Of a stretch of 64,000 nt of DNA, positions 52,660 to 64,000 are shown piece by piece (position 1 is the first letter of the stretch; each line of letters begins with the position of its first letter). The DNA lies in contig NC_088855.1 in assembly GCF_963853765.1 (NCBI RefSeq), positions 46,004,001 through 46,068,000 of the forward strand. The letters run 5' to 3'. The notes beneath the pieces were generated by a model that saw only the letters and a list, made by a program, of their open reading frames with translations, was not told the DNA's origin and did no database searches. The position numbers were made by a program, and so were the translations under genes. The DNA comes from Magallana gigas. Taxonomy: Eukaryota.

Positions 52660-53405
52660 CCTCCGCTTAACGAGGCCGAGTACAGATCGAGTATGCATGC
52701 TTGAGCGCAGCGTTTCATTTGTATTATGACGTCATCTTTTTGCTTGGTTGACGCCATCGCGTGATAGTTTCAACTCCAGATATTCAGCGAAATTTGTTGA
52801 AAATAGCTCATTTGATGCGTAAATTTGATATTAAATTGTGGAATAAACATAAATGTCTTGAAGTATAAGCTATATTTGGGCTCGAATTGAAAACGTGAAG
52901 ATTGAGGGTTCAGCAAGCCTAGCCCTCTGTCAAGTTTTCTTAACCCGCCTAAATATAGCTTAATTCATATATTTCAAGACAGGAACCATGTATTTTATAT
53001 TAATGACCCTTAATATGTGATGTTATACATTTATTTATTACTTAAATATGTCTGAATGTTTTAATAATACTATAAAGATCACCATTTCCGCCTTTGTCAA
53101 ATAAAAAATAGCTATTATTTGACAGATCTGGGAAATTGGGCATACAAAAAACAACTTTGATAGGACCCCTTGAACAAACAAGGAGGTAAAAGGGTTATTT
53201 TATTTGACCATTTGATGCCTTTTAGCAATAACTTTAATATGTAGAACAGAAAAAGAAATCCCAAGGGCAGAAGTTTTTAAAAAATGTGCAAAATTGATAC
53301 ATTTCAAGCAAAATCCCATAGGGTCCTATGTTAAAAATTAACAAACTTTGAGATGACCTTTTAAACAAACGGTGTGGTAAATGTCTTTTTTTTTTTTTAT
53401 TTTAA

Positions 53406-54222
53406 CGAGGCCGGGTCTAATTTGTTCTGCCCTAGATTTTTGGATGAAACTCTTTACATGAATTTCTACTGATATAATTATTATTTTACAATTAAAAAAT
53501 AAGACATTTACCACACCGTTTGTTTAGGGGGTCATCTCAAAGTTTGTTAATCTTTAACATAGGACCCTATGGGATTTTGCTTGAAATGTATCAATTTTGC
53601 ATATTTTTTACATTTTTTCAAAACTTCTGCCCTAGGGATTTCTTTTTGTGTTCTACATATTAAAGTTATTGCTAAAAGGCATCAAATGGTCAAATAAAAA
53701 AAACCTTTTACCTCCTGGTTTGTTCCAGGGGTCTCATCAAAGTTGATTTTTGTATGCCCAATTTCCCGGATTAGTCAGATAATGGCTATTTTTTATTTGA
53801 CAAAGGCGGAAAAGATGATCTATATAGTATTATTAAAACATTCAGACATATTTAAGTAATAAAAAAATATATAACATCACATATTAAGGGTCATTAATAT
53901 AAAATACATGGTTATTTTCTTGAAATATATGAATTAAGCTATATTTAGGCGGGTTAAGAAAACGTGACAGAGTGCTAGGCTTGCTGAATCCTCTTCACGT
54001 TTTCGACCCGAGCCCAAATATAGCTTATACTTCGAGACATTTATATTTATTCCACAACGTAACATTATTTTTACGCATCAAACGAGATATTTTCAACAAT
54101 TTTCGCTGAATATCTGCAGTTGAAACTATCACGCCATGGCGTCAACCAAGCAAAAAGATGACGTCACAATACAAATGAAACGCTGCGCGAAAGCGTGCGT
54201 ACTCGTTCTGTACTCGGCCTCG
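53406..54222 (-). mobile_element. Second copy of the same element, inserted in opposite orientation inside the first
   Basis: ttaa|cgaggccgggtctaatttg ... ctgtactcggcctcg|ttaa; produces an inverted repeat with arms of about 725 bp. Confidence 0.8.
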
Positions 54223-54226
54223 TTAA

Positions 54227-54601
54227 AATAATTTAATTCTGGTTGTAACATGCTTTCTGATTGGTTGAAAAATTTATTTTATATCGTATAAAGAATGTTG
54301 CCTACGTCATAGTACTAGTATGACAAACGTCAAAAACGTATCAATCCGCCGGACGTTACGTTTGAATTTTGTACAATTTGATGTCATTTTATAGATCAAA
54401 TGACCGTTTTTATCAACAATTGATCGCAAATAAATTAAATTATAAGGAATGAATTCAATATTTATTAGTTTTATACGATATAAAATGGTTTGGAACAGTT
54501 TACGCTTTTTTATAAACCGCTTCGCGGTTTATAAAGCGTAAACTGTCCCAAACCATTTTAAATCATACAAAACTAAAAAAAATATTGAATTCATTCCTTA
54601 A
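54227..54601 (+). mobile_element. About 375-bp hairpin-ended element (family of 13361-13739)
   Basis: Starts aataatttaattctggttgtaac. Palindrome ggaatgaattcaatatt...aaaccgc-ttc-gcggttt...aatattgaattcattcc. Ends ccttaa. Confidence 0.7.
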
Positions 54602-57085
54602 GTAATAATTATATCAATAGAAATTCATGTAAAAAATTTCATTCAAAAATCTAGGGCAGAACAAATTAGACCCGGCCTCGTTAAATTATCATGGCTTGAA
54701 GAATGATTTATCTACTTGACAATGCTGAGATAGGTTTGAAGAAGATAACTTTCATGAGAAATATTTTCAGCAATTGTTTTGCCGAAATTTGAAGTGATGG
54801 GGGATCAAATGATGATCTTACCTGTAATGTCACACATAAGATACGGTTCAAAGATGAATAGTTATCATTTAAGCTTGTTGCTACTTCAATTTATCTAAAT
54901 GTAATGACATTTTCCAACAACTCAAAGAACAAAAATCCAAAGTTAGCAATGACACAATAGCTGAATTAGTGAATAGGCTTGGCTTTTTGTAAACAAACAG
55001 AGTATGACTTCCGGGATTGCTTCCCCGAGCCCGACATAAATTCTAGCACCTCCCCCCCCCCCCCCCCCCTTTTCTAACTGAAACTTTTCTGACATCTGGA
55101 GTTAACATAACAATGGTACATAGTATTCACAAATGAAGGAAAATATTGTTTAAAATATATTGAACATATTAAAACATTATTTTAACATAAAGTATTTGTA
55201 AATAAATGTCAATTAATTCAAATCATAATTAACTACATATATCTACAAATATGGCTAGAATTAGTCCTGACTTTTACCCCTTTCTATTTGTAACCAGTAA
55301 TATTTACAAAAATTGATTTAAACCTTTGGAAATATCTATCATATCGGCATGGTATCAATCAGTAAAAAACTGATTACATCAATCAGTCGTAGAATGTCCA
55401 TAAGAAATCGAACATCAAATCAAACAACTAGTCACTAACGAAATTGTTGCAAAAATAAATGGAACAACAGTTCGTTAAAAAATGGTATGATATTAATCGT
55501 TTGATAAAAAATCTATATTTGTGCTTCAAATACTTAAAATTCATTGACGTAAATGTTATGCAATAAAACATTCTTTGGGTGACAAAAGAGTTGAAAGAAA
55601 TCAAGAAAGAAATGAATTATGTTACATGTATATATCAATGTGTGAAATCCTTTTTGACAACTGATTATATAAAATATCAATTCGTTAAATTAAATTCAGC
55701 TCGTTGCATTATGACATCATTGGAATACACTTGATGCTTTAATTCTTGAAACCGCAGATTTGTAATGTATATGGATCATGATGGATTATAATTTATAATC
55801 TTGAACAGTTGTATAATGAGTGGTCGACCCCCCCCCCCCCCCCCTTGCATTCTTATTCTATATCTGGATGTTGAACTAAATTTACTAGCTGTACTATAAT
55901 TATAATAATTTTCATTGCGTTATACAGCTTATTGGACCACTTATAACATCTTACACGTATGCTATTCTCTCTTATGTGCAATGATGAGCGAGTAAATATA
56001 TTTATAAGACAAAACATATTCAACTTTTCACAATATTTGTGAAACAAAATATCTAAAGAGTTCGTCGAAACAGGCTGGCATTGTGCAATTGTGTTAGATA
56101 TGAATAGCAGAACTTAAAACCTTATCTGTGTGGTGCAAGATGTAATGTAGGTCACCTCAAAGTTTAAAATTGAATGTCCTGATAAATAACAGGCGTACAT
56201 GCAGTGGTAAGGAGTGTGCGAGCAAACAAAAAAAAAATCAGTTTTTAGATTCGCCCTGAAGTTTTAAACAGGCATCAGCTGTTTAACGACACGGCCGCCC
56301 TGTCTATATAGAAATCAATATCAGGTAAGGAGAATATGATGTTTCCCCATCGCCATCGGACGAATATTCAGTGACGGTTATTGTAAACATTTCTTGTAAA
56401 CATTTGTTGAAAATACTCGTAAGTTATGTCTTTACAAGGGGTTTATATGAAAAAACCATTTGAAATGCTGATGCGCAGTAAATTCGGGAAGTTATAAATA
56501 CCGACATACTATAAATATTTACTGGTGTCAAATAGGTTAAAATCAGTTGAATGCAGAACGTAGGAATATTTTCCAGTAATAATCATTATCGAAGCTGTGT
56601 ATAGAATTCTATGAATCAAAATTATTCATTTTAGCTTTTATGCTACAGCTAACAGTGTTAAAAAAAAATTCACATGTTTGTGTTGTTGGGTTACTGCTCT
56701 TTTAATTTACTACGAAAGAGGGGTCGTATCAAAAACCATTTTCAAGGAAGTTTAAGAAACGTAGAATGAAAATGTTTATAAAGTCAATTTTGTTTGCGAC
56801 ACTGTTCGATGTGAATGTTAATTTCTTATATACTAGAAATAAATAAAATATTATATGGTCATTTTATAATGATTTAGATATATATTAAATTATTGTATAT
56901 ATGTGTGAATTAAGGAAATGAATGATAAATTAAGCTTCATTAATGAATATATATTAGAATTCTTAAAATAATATCTTCAAAAACACTTATGAAGATTTAT
57001 AAACTAATTTAATATGAACTCAAAACATGATATACGAAAGCACAAATTCAGTTATTAATTCATTTCAATAGTATAAAAAGTGACG

Positions 57086-60000
57086 ATGCCTAACATCGCC
57101 GTGCTTGGGGCAGGCATAATAGGTGTCTCTACAGCCTTGAACATCCAAAATCTGATTCCATCGGCTCAGGTCAAGATAATCTCGGAGAAATTTGGCCAGG
57201 AAACGACAAGTTGGGGCGCTGGAGGGTTATTTCGACCGACTGCCAAATTCATCCAAGGAGTGCCCGAAGAAAAAATACGGTATTAAACTTTGCGTAAAAA
57301 GAAATATATATATTAGTTTATAAATCTTACATTGATACAAGTCCGATACAAGTCCAATGTAAATTAGATCTTTGATTCGCTCCTACAACATTAATTGCTA
57401 CATTTACTTTTTTGTAGATCTAGGTGGAACGGATCAAAGATCTAATTTTAATTAAATTGACCTTGATACGTCATACTTTAACAAAGACAATCATATGCTC
57501 CTCCCCCGCTCCATTTTGATTAATAATCAAGCAACGGCAACTGCTATCAACAGAATAGGAGTCATTAGAAGAGCGGGTAAACTTTATAGAGAGATGGAGA
57601 ATATAATAAAAGTGGATAAAGTTCCCATTATTTTCAAATCAGCTAAATTGTTAGCTTAAATCTGTCCATTAATCTTTAAAAAAAAGGAAACAAACCGAAA
57701 GTCTGAAACCTACTGGCTGCTGCAATGTCCATTAGAAACAGTTTATCTTAATCCTTCAGCCAGCTAGCCATTAGCGCTTGCTGTGTGTTTATGTGAGACC
57801 AACAATTGTTTACATTATAAATGTTAGAATGCATGGGAAAGCATTAATCTGTGTGAAAGTTTAGTTAGAATAAATGTAGCATCCGAACCCACCACAAGTG
57901 TTATCTTTCTACTAAGCAATTTTACAATGGCGACGAGGATTTTTATTCAACTTTGAAGGAAAACACAATGGCAGAATCTGGATTACCGGTTTTTCCTAAA
58001 TTTCCTGTCCATGCTGAGGGAGCAATAGGTACCCGATGGAGGAAATGGGTACAGAGACTGGAAAACTTATTCGTTGGAATGAAAATCACAGATAACAAGA
58101 GGAAACGTGCGCTACTCCTTCATTACGCTGGCGAGGAAGTCTACGACATTTTCGACACATTTGCAGATACAGGGAATGACGAGAATTATGACCAAGCCAA
58201 AGATGCGTTGAAAAATTACTTTGAACCAAAAGTAAACAAGGAATACGAGCGGTACGTTTTCCGACAAACGAAGCAATCGGAAGGGGAAACGGTGGACACA
58301 TACCACACCCGATTGAGACAACTCGTTACAAAATGTGAATTTGCAGACAATGATAGTGAGATCAAGTCTCAGATCATACAGAGCTGCACATCATCAAAAT
58401 TAAGAAGAAAAGCACTTAGTGAGGAGATGACACTCAACAAGCTACTAGAAACGGCAAGAACATTAGAACTGGCGGAGAAGCAGGCATCGGGAATCGAAAA
58501 TAACAATTCCAGTGTAAACAAAATACACCAAAAGGAATCAGGACAAAGAACTCATCATTGGAAACCAAGGCGAAATCCAGAGCCGAGAACAAAAGGTACA
58601 TATAGACAGAGTTCTAAATGTTATAACTGTGGCGGCCATTACCCCCACAAGACAAAGTGTCCAGCATTCAAACAAATCTGTAGTAACTGTGGACGAGAAA
58701 ATCATTTCGCTGCTTATTGTAAATCAAAACCCCAGTTTAAGAAAAAACATGTTAAACAAATCCAGGACTGTGATGAAGATGATGGATACGTATTCAGCGT
58801 CAGGAACAACTCTACAACAAAACAACCAAAGTTTAATATTACGCTTAATGGGCAACGCTTTCACATGTTGATTGACACAGGCTCCAGTGTTAATATTTTG
58901 GACGAGGTCACATTTTCCAAACTGCATCCAAAACCTAAACTGAGCAAATCAAGTACAAGAATTTTCGCATATGGTTGTAAAAACGACATAAAAACGTTTG
59001 GATATTTCACTGCGACCATTGAAACAAAGTCCAAAATAGCTGTTGGAAAATTCTATGTAGTCGAAGGAAATTGTGGTACACTCCTAGGATACCAAAGTGC
59101 CGTAGATCTTGGTATCATACCAGTGATCAATCGTTTGTCAACAGATGTGAATGAAATATGTGAAGAGTTTGCTGACCTGTTTCAAGGAATTGGAAAAATA
59201 AAAGATGTAAAAGTGAAAATTCACGTCGATAAAAGCATCAAACCTACTGTTCAGCCTCACCGACGGATACCTTTCCATTTACGAAAGAAAGTAGAAGCAG
59301 AGTTAAGAAGGCTTGAGGATCTTGACATCATCGAGAAAGTAGAAGGCCCTACACCTTGGGTTTCACCAATTGTCGTTGCACCCAAACCGAAAACACCAGA
59401 TGAAATTAGGATGTGCGTGGATATGCGTTTACCTAATAAGGCAATTCAAAGAACAAGACATATCACACCTACAGTTGATGACATAATTCATGATTTAAAT
59501 GGAGCCAAAATCTTCTCAAAATTGGATATGAATGCAGGGTATCACCAAATTGAATTGGAAGAGCAATCAAGATACATAACGACGTTCACAACTCACGTAG
59601 GATTGCGCCGATATAAACGTCTCAACTTTGGCATTTCATCAGCTGCTGAAATTTTTCAAGAGACTGTTAGTGAATCACTCCAAGGCTTACAAGGGGTAAA
59701 GAATATGAGTGACGACATCATAGTGTATGGGGAAACACAAGAACAACATGATACGCGTTTAAGAAAAGTCATGGAACGGCTACGGGAGCGCAACATAACA
59801 CTAAACCGACCAAAATGTGAGTTTAACAAACAAAAGCTATCTTTTTTTGGCTATGTATTTTCCGCAGATGGCATTTCAGCTGATCCTGCTAAAATACAAG
59901 CTATCAAGTCAGCGAAAAGTCCAACAAACACAAGTGAAGTGAAAAGTTTTCTTGGAATGACAAATTATGTATCTAGATTTATTCAAGATTACTCAACAAT

Positions 60001-63000
60001 TACGCAACCGATAAGGATTCTCACACAGAAGAATATGGCGTGGAAGTGGGAAACGAAACAACAGTTGGCGTTTTAAAAGCTAAAGAATTCACTTACAAGT
60101 GATACTGTTATGTCATACTATGACCAGAACAAATCAACGGAAGTAGTTGTTGATGCAAGCCCAGTTGGACTTGGAGCTATCCTTTCCCAGGAAGGAAAAA
60201 TTGTTGCGTATGCAAGCAGATCATTGACCCAAGTAGAACAACGTTATTCACAAACAGAAAGAGAAGCGTTAGCCATCGTTTGGAGCTGCGAACATTTTCA
60301 CTTGTACATATACGGATCCAGGTTTACATTGGTTACTGACCATAAACCGCTAGAAAGTATATTCAACAATCCGAAATCAAAACCCCCTGCAAGGATTGAA
60401 AGATGGCGTTTGCGTTTGCAAGCATATGATTTTCATGTCAAATATAAGAAAGGAGTTGACAACCCAGCCGACTATATGTCCAGACACCCGGATATACGAA
60501 CCGATGAGAATGGATCAAAAGAAGAAAAAATAGGGGAAGAATTTGTCAACTTTGTTGCACAACATGCTGTCCCAAAAACTGTTACTTTATTGGAAGTAGC
60601 GGAAACCACAGCAAATGATGCAAATCTACAAATGGTTATTCAAAATCTGAGGACTGGAAAATGGAAAACTAAATCTGACAATATGTCAATGCAGTCGTTT
60701 TACAAACTAAGGAACGAGCTGTGTATTGGAAAACATGAAGAGATGGAAATTCTTTTAAGAGGATCAAGACTAGTGATTCCTTCATCACTACAGAGGAAAA
60801 TAGTCGACATAGCACATGAAGCACATCAAGGCATTGTTAAAACGAAACAATTGCTAAGGGAAAAAATTTGGTTCCCTGGAATCGACTCAATGGTAGAAAA
60901 CCTATGCAAATCTTGCATCCCATGTCTATCATCTGTTCCTGCCAACAAGATAGAACCGTTGAGGATGTCAAAGCTACCAAACAAACCGTGGTTGGAAGTA
61001 AGCGTAGATTTTGCGGTCCTTTCCCATCCGGAGAATACTTACTAGTGGTAATTGACGACTATTCGAGATATCCGGAGATAGAAATTGTATATTCAACTTC
61101 AGCAAGATCAACAATGACGAAATTGGATAAGATTTTTTCTACACATGGAATTCCGAATATTGTCAAGACAGACAACGGACCTCCATTTCGAAGCCATGAA
61201 TTTAACGAATTTACGAAATATATGGGATTTACGCACCGTAAAATTACACCATTATGGCCAAGAGCTAATGGAGAAGTTGAACGGTTTATGCGGACCATAG
61301 GGAAAGTTGTCAAAACATCGCATGCAGAGAGCCGCAATTGGAAACAAGATATTTTCCAATTTCTGAGAAATTACCGAGCAACGCCCCATTCTACAACAAA
61401 AGTTCCACCGGCGGAAGCTTTATTTGGAAGAAATATAAAAGTTCGTCTTCCGGAAAACCCTAAAACAACGAAATTCAGAAAAACGGAAATGCGGAGACGG
61501 GATGAAAATCAGAAACAAAAGATGAAACATTATGCAGACAAGAAAAATAATGCGAAGCATTCATCTTTAAGAAAGGAAGACAGAGTTATTGTTCAACAAA
61601 AGAAACGCAATAAACTATCTACTCCGTACGAAATTGAGCCATTGGAAGTCATAGGGAAAAAGGGATCCATGATAACAGCATCAAATGAAAACAAAACCGT
61701 TACAAGAAACTCCAGTGCATTCAAAGAAATAAAACCAGCAGAAGTTATTATTGACCAGTCTGATAAATGCGATAACGGAGATGTAAACAACCCAGAAACC
61801 AACACAGAAACAACGAAGTCTCCAGATGCGATACCAATGACTCCGCGCTATAATTTAAGGCAGAAAACAAATCGTCCAGCATATCTAGATGATTATGTTT
61901 CCAAGTAAAAGATAACAAGTCGTGTTGAGAGGCATAATAATCCTCTGGCTTGTTCCGTGTAGTTTAGTTTTATAATCAATCTTGTAGTTATTAAATATGT
62001 ATAAATGTTGTGAGTGACTGATAACATCTTATAAACAAAAGGAACATTTCTATTTACATTTAATTTGGACAATGTTAATATCAGTGATAATTTCATAAGA
62101 GACTTTCATAAACAAACAATAAATGAACACAATTAAAATTCAAAGGAAAGGAGGGATGTAATGTCCATTAGAAACAGTTTATCTTAATCCTTCAGCCAGC
62201 TAGCCATTAGCGCTTGCTGTGTGTTTATGTGAGACCAACAATTGTTTACATTATAAATGTTAGAATGCATGGGAAAGCATTAATCTGTGTGAAAGTTTAG
62301 TTAGAATAAATGTAGCATCCGAACCCACCACAAGTGTTATCTTTCTACTAAGCAATTTTACAGCTGCTTAAAGATGTGATCTGAATTATATTGCAGGAGA
62401 TGGGCTCGGGTAGGATGGGATTTCTACTCTTCTCTTGCAGTGTCAGATAAAGCTAAAGATTCGGGGATGCAAATAGTCTCTGGGTTCATACTTAGTCAAA
62501 CGAAGGTCGAGGTATGTTGAAAGAGAAATGCAGGCACACGAATACGAATGTTTTGCATTACCCGGGTTTTAAATGACTTGCTTTTCTTCTTAAATAAGAT
62601 TCTAATGATTATGAAAAAGATATGTATAATTTGAGAGCAATCAGTTTATACTTCGGGAATTAAATTGTATGGTCAACAAATCAAATCATCCTTAAAATTG
62701 TAGAAATGAATTTTTAAGCCGTATACTATGTTTAGCGAAGAGAAAATCTTCCCATTTTAGCATTAAAAAACATTGAATAATTTCCTATATTATGACACTT
62801 AGCTCTTTTCTAAAGGAAATTAATATACATATAGTCTTAACATGACCAGGACCATCCAACCTCTTAATGCAGAGCATATTGTAAGAAAAACATGGGGAAG
62901 TAACAATCATTAATCTGAAAAAAGGAAACTTCAGTATAAGCGTACCCCGAGTCACAATGATATAGTGTTGGAATTAGCGGGATGTTAATATGTTCACAGC

Positions 63001-63331
63001 GTAAACAGACTGAGTTTTCCCCCAGACAGGGGGAATTTTGTTTAATATTACCCGAATGTTCTTTGATTTAACATTTGAGAAAAGTATAGTTAATTTGAAT
63101 ACAGTTATCTGTCGTCATATGTAAGATTTTCCTTATTTATTTTAGAACCCGTTATACAAGGATTCTGTTTATAGCTTCCACGAAATCAGCAGAAAAGCGG
63201 CAACAGAACTCGGATTTGGGCACTATAAGTGAGATGATTTTGTTTGATCATTTCATATACATCTCGTAGTGTTGAAATTATTAATCATTTTTAACGAGTT
63301 TCTTGAAAGTTTACTCCGTCAAAATCATTTT

Positions 63332-63374
<43 letters not shown>

Positions 63375-64000
63375 TAACCGAAAAATATTGTCTTGTCAAT
63401 TTAAAATTAAGTTTTCAACTATTTGTAATATTATTGTAGATCCAAATTCAAATTCAATGACTTGTAAGATAATTTCTGTTTTGTTTTGTACCTGTAGGTA
63501 TGTCTATCAGGTGACTACTGTGATAGCCATAGTAAGGGATTACCTACCTTACCTTTTCAAAAGGTACATGTATAGCTTAATTAAGGGCATGGTCACGATT
63601 TTGGTCAAAATTTATTTTTCCGTCTTTAATGTTTACAATGCTTTTCTAAGGCATAGTCAAAGTAAATTTGAGTGTCAGTGGTCGAGTTATAAGCGAGATA
63701 TACAATTCAAAATAACAAATATAATGAATAAGTTGATATATAAATGATATATTATTTTTAAGACCTTTAACACTTAGACTGAACTTAAACAATTAATGTT
63801 TTACAAGTACAGCACATAATATTCTCGGTATTGTGGCATACTTAGACATTTTTGTGACAAAGTTTCGGAGCAGAATTGCCTTTACAGAATAAAGATATCA
63901 TAGAAAGTATATGTATACATTCAAAATTCATTACATGTAATCATTTTCAGATTCGAAGAAAACGGAGGGCAGACAGAACAAAGAAGAATTGACGATTTAA
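57086..64000 (+). CDS. D-amino-acid oxidase family flavoprotein (D-aspartate oxidase / DAO-like), 5' part; continues beyond the window
   Basis: Exons 57086-57279 ([20 protein letters not shown]-binding GxGxxG; [12 protein letters not shown]), 62397-62511, 63146-63228, 63498-63563 ([22 protein letters not shown]) and 63951 to window end ([16 protein letters not shown]). GT-AG, phases compatible. The residues that separate DDO from DAO lie outside the window. Confidence 0.88.
57721..57926 (+). repeat. 5' LTR (206 bp)
   Basis: tgcaatgtcc...gcaattttaca; identical to the 3' LTR except at position 3; AATAAA at 57869-57874. Confidence 0.95.
57928..57940 (+). promoter_or_regulatory. Primer-binding site, probably tRNA-Ser(GCU)
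   Basis: tggcgacgaggat lies one base after the LTR; complementary to the ...AUCCUCGUCGCCA 3' end of animal tRNA-Ser(GCU) (recalled sequence). Confidence 0.75.
57968..61908 (+). pseudogene. Single gag-pol polyprotein interrupted by one stop and one frameshift
   Basis: Two Cys/His knuckles ([28 protein letters not shown]), protease LIDTGSS, RT ([22 protein letters not shown]), RNase H ([21 protein letters not shown]), integrase zinc finger (HEAH...CIPC) and core (IDDYSRY, TDNGPPF, NGEVER). TAA at 60074-60076; -1 shift at about 61010-61015. Confidence 0.92.
62142..62156 (+). promoter_or_regulatory. Polypurine tract
   Basis: aaaggaaaggaggga directly abuts the 3' LTR. Confidence 0.9.
62157..62362 (+). 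repeat. 3' LTR (206 bp)
   Basis: tgtaatgtcc...gcaattttaca followed by the TSD gctgc. Confidence 0.95.
63333..63371. repeat. (AG)n microsatellite, about 19 units, intronic
   Basis: Pure agag... run. Confidence 0.95.

Larger units (their letters stand above)
52671..54680 (+). mobile_element. TTAA-flanked non-autonomous element with CGAGGCCG termini (outer copy, interrupted by two insertions)
   Basis: ttaa|cgaggccgagtacag at 52671 ... ttagacccggcctcg|ttaa at 54680. The body 52671-53395 plus 54602-54680 equals the reverse complement of 53406-54222. Confidence 0.8.
57721..62362 (+). mobile_element. Full-length Ty3/Gypsy LTR retrotransposon (Mag-like), 4642 bp, 5-bp TSD GCTGC
   Basis: gctgc at 57716-57720 and 62363-62367; 206-bp LTRs TG...CA; PBS; PPT; gag-protease-RT-RNaseH-integrase domain order. 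Confidence 0.97.

Noticed and set aside
60074-61020. Programmed readthrough or ribosomal frameshift in pol
   Set aside because: The stop lies in the RT-RNase H connection and the shift inside integrase, not at a gag-pol boundary; there is no slippery heptamer.

Overview
AT-rich, intron-containing animal genomic DNA; gene content and repeat types suggest a bivalve mollusc such as an oyster (inference). There is one 138-N assembly gap (40166-40303). Contents: (1) An array of carbonyl reductase 1-like SDR genes: five open reading frames of two subtypes (A, B) plus two internally deleted pseudo-copies. Two nested segmental duplications built it and also carried along the 3' end of the neighbouring gene. 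(2) A class C GPCR (+, about 10.7-17.6 kb) with two tandem Venus-flytrap domains, disrupted in this sequence by two frameshifts and a stop codon. (3) A divergent two-exon Shaw/Kv3-like potassium channel (-) with reduced S4 charge and a non-canonical S6 gate. (4) An intact 11-exon, 399-aa gene (-, 45934-51247), fragmented in the ORF track, which I assembled by hand. It looks like a miniature major-vault-protein (MVP) homolog: about 3 beta-repeats, an SPFH shoulder domain and a short coiled coil. (5) A D-amino-acid/D-aspartate oxidase gene (+, from 57086, running off the window) whose first coding intron holds a young, full-length Ty3/Gypsy (Mag-like) LTR retrotransposon with TSD, PBS and PPT. 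(6) Many non-autonomous DNA elements, several forming long hairpins. All exon models and alignments were made by eye; no database searches were run.
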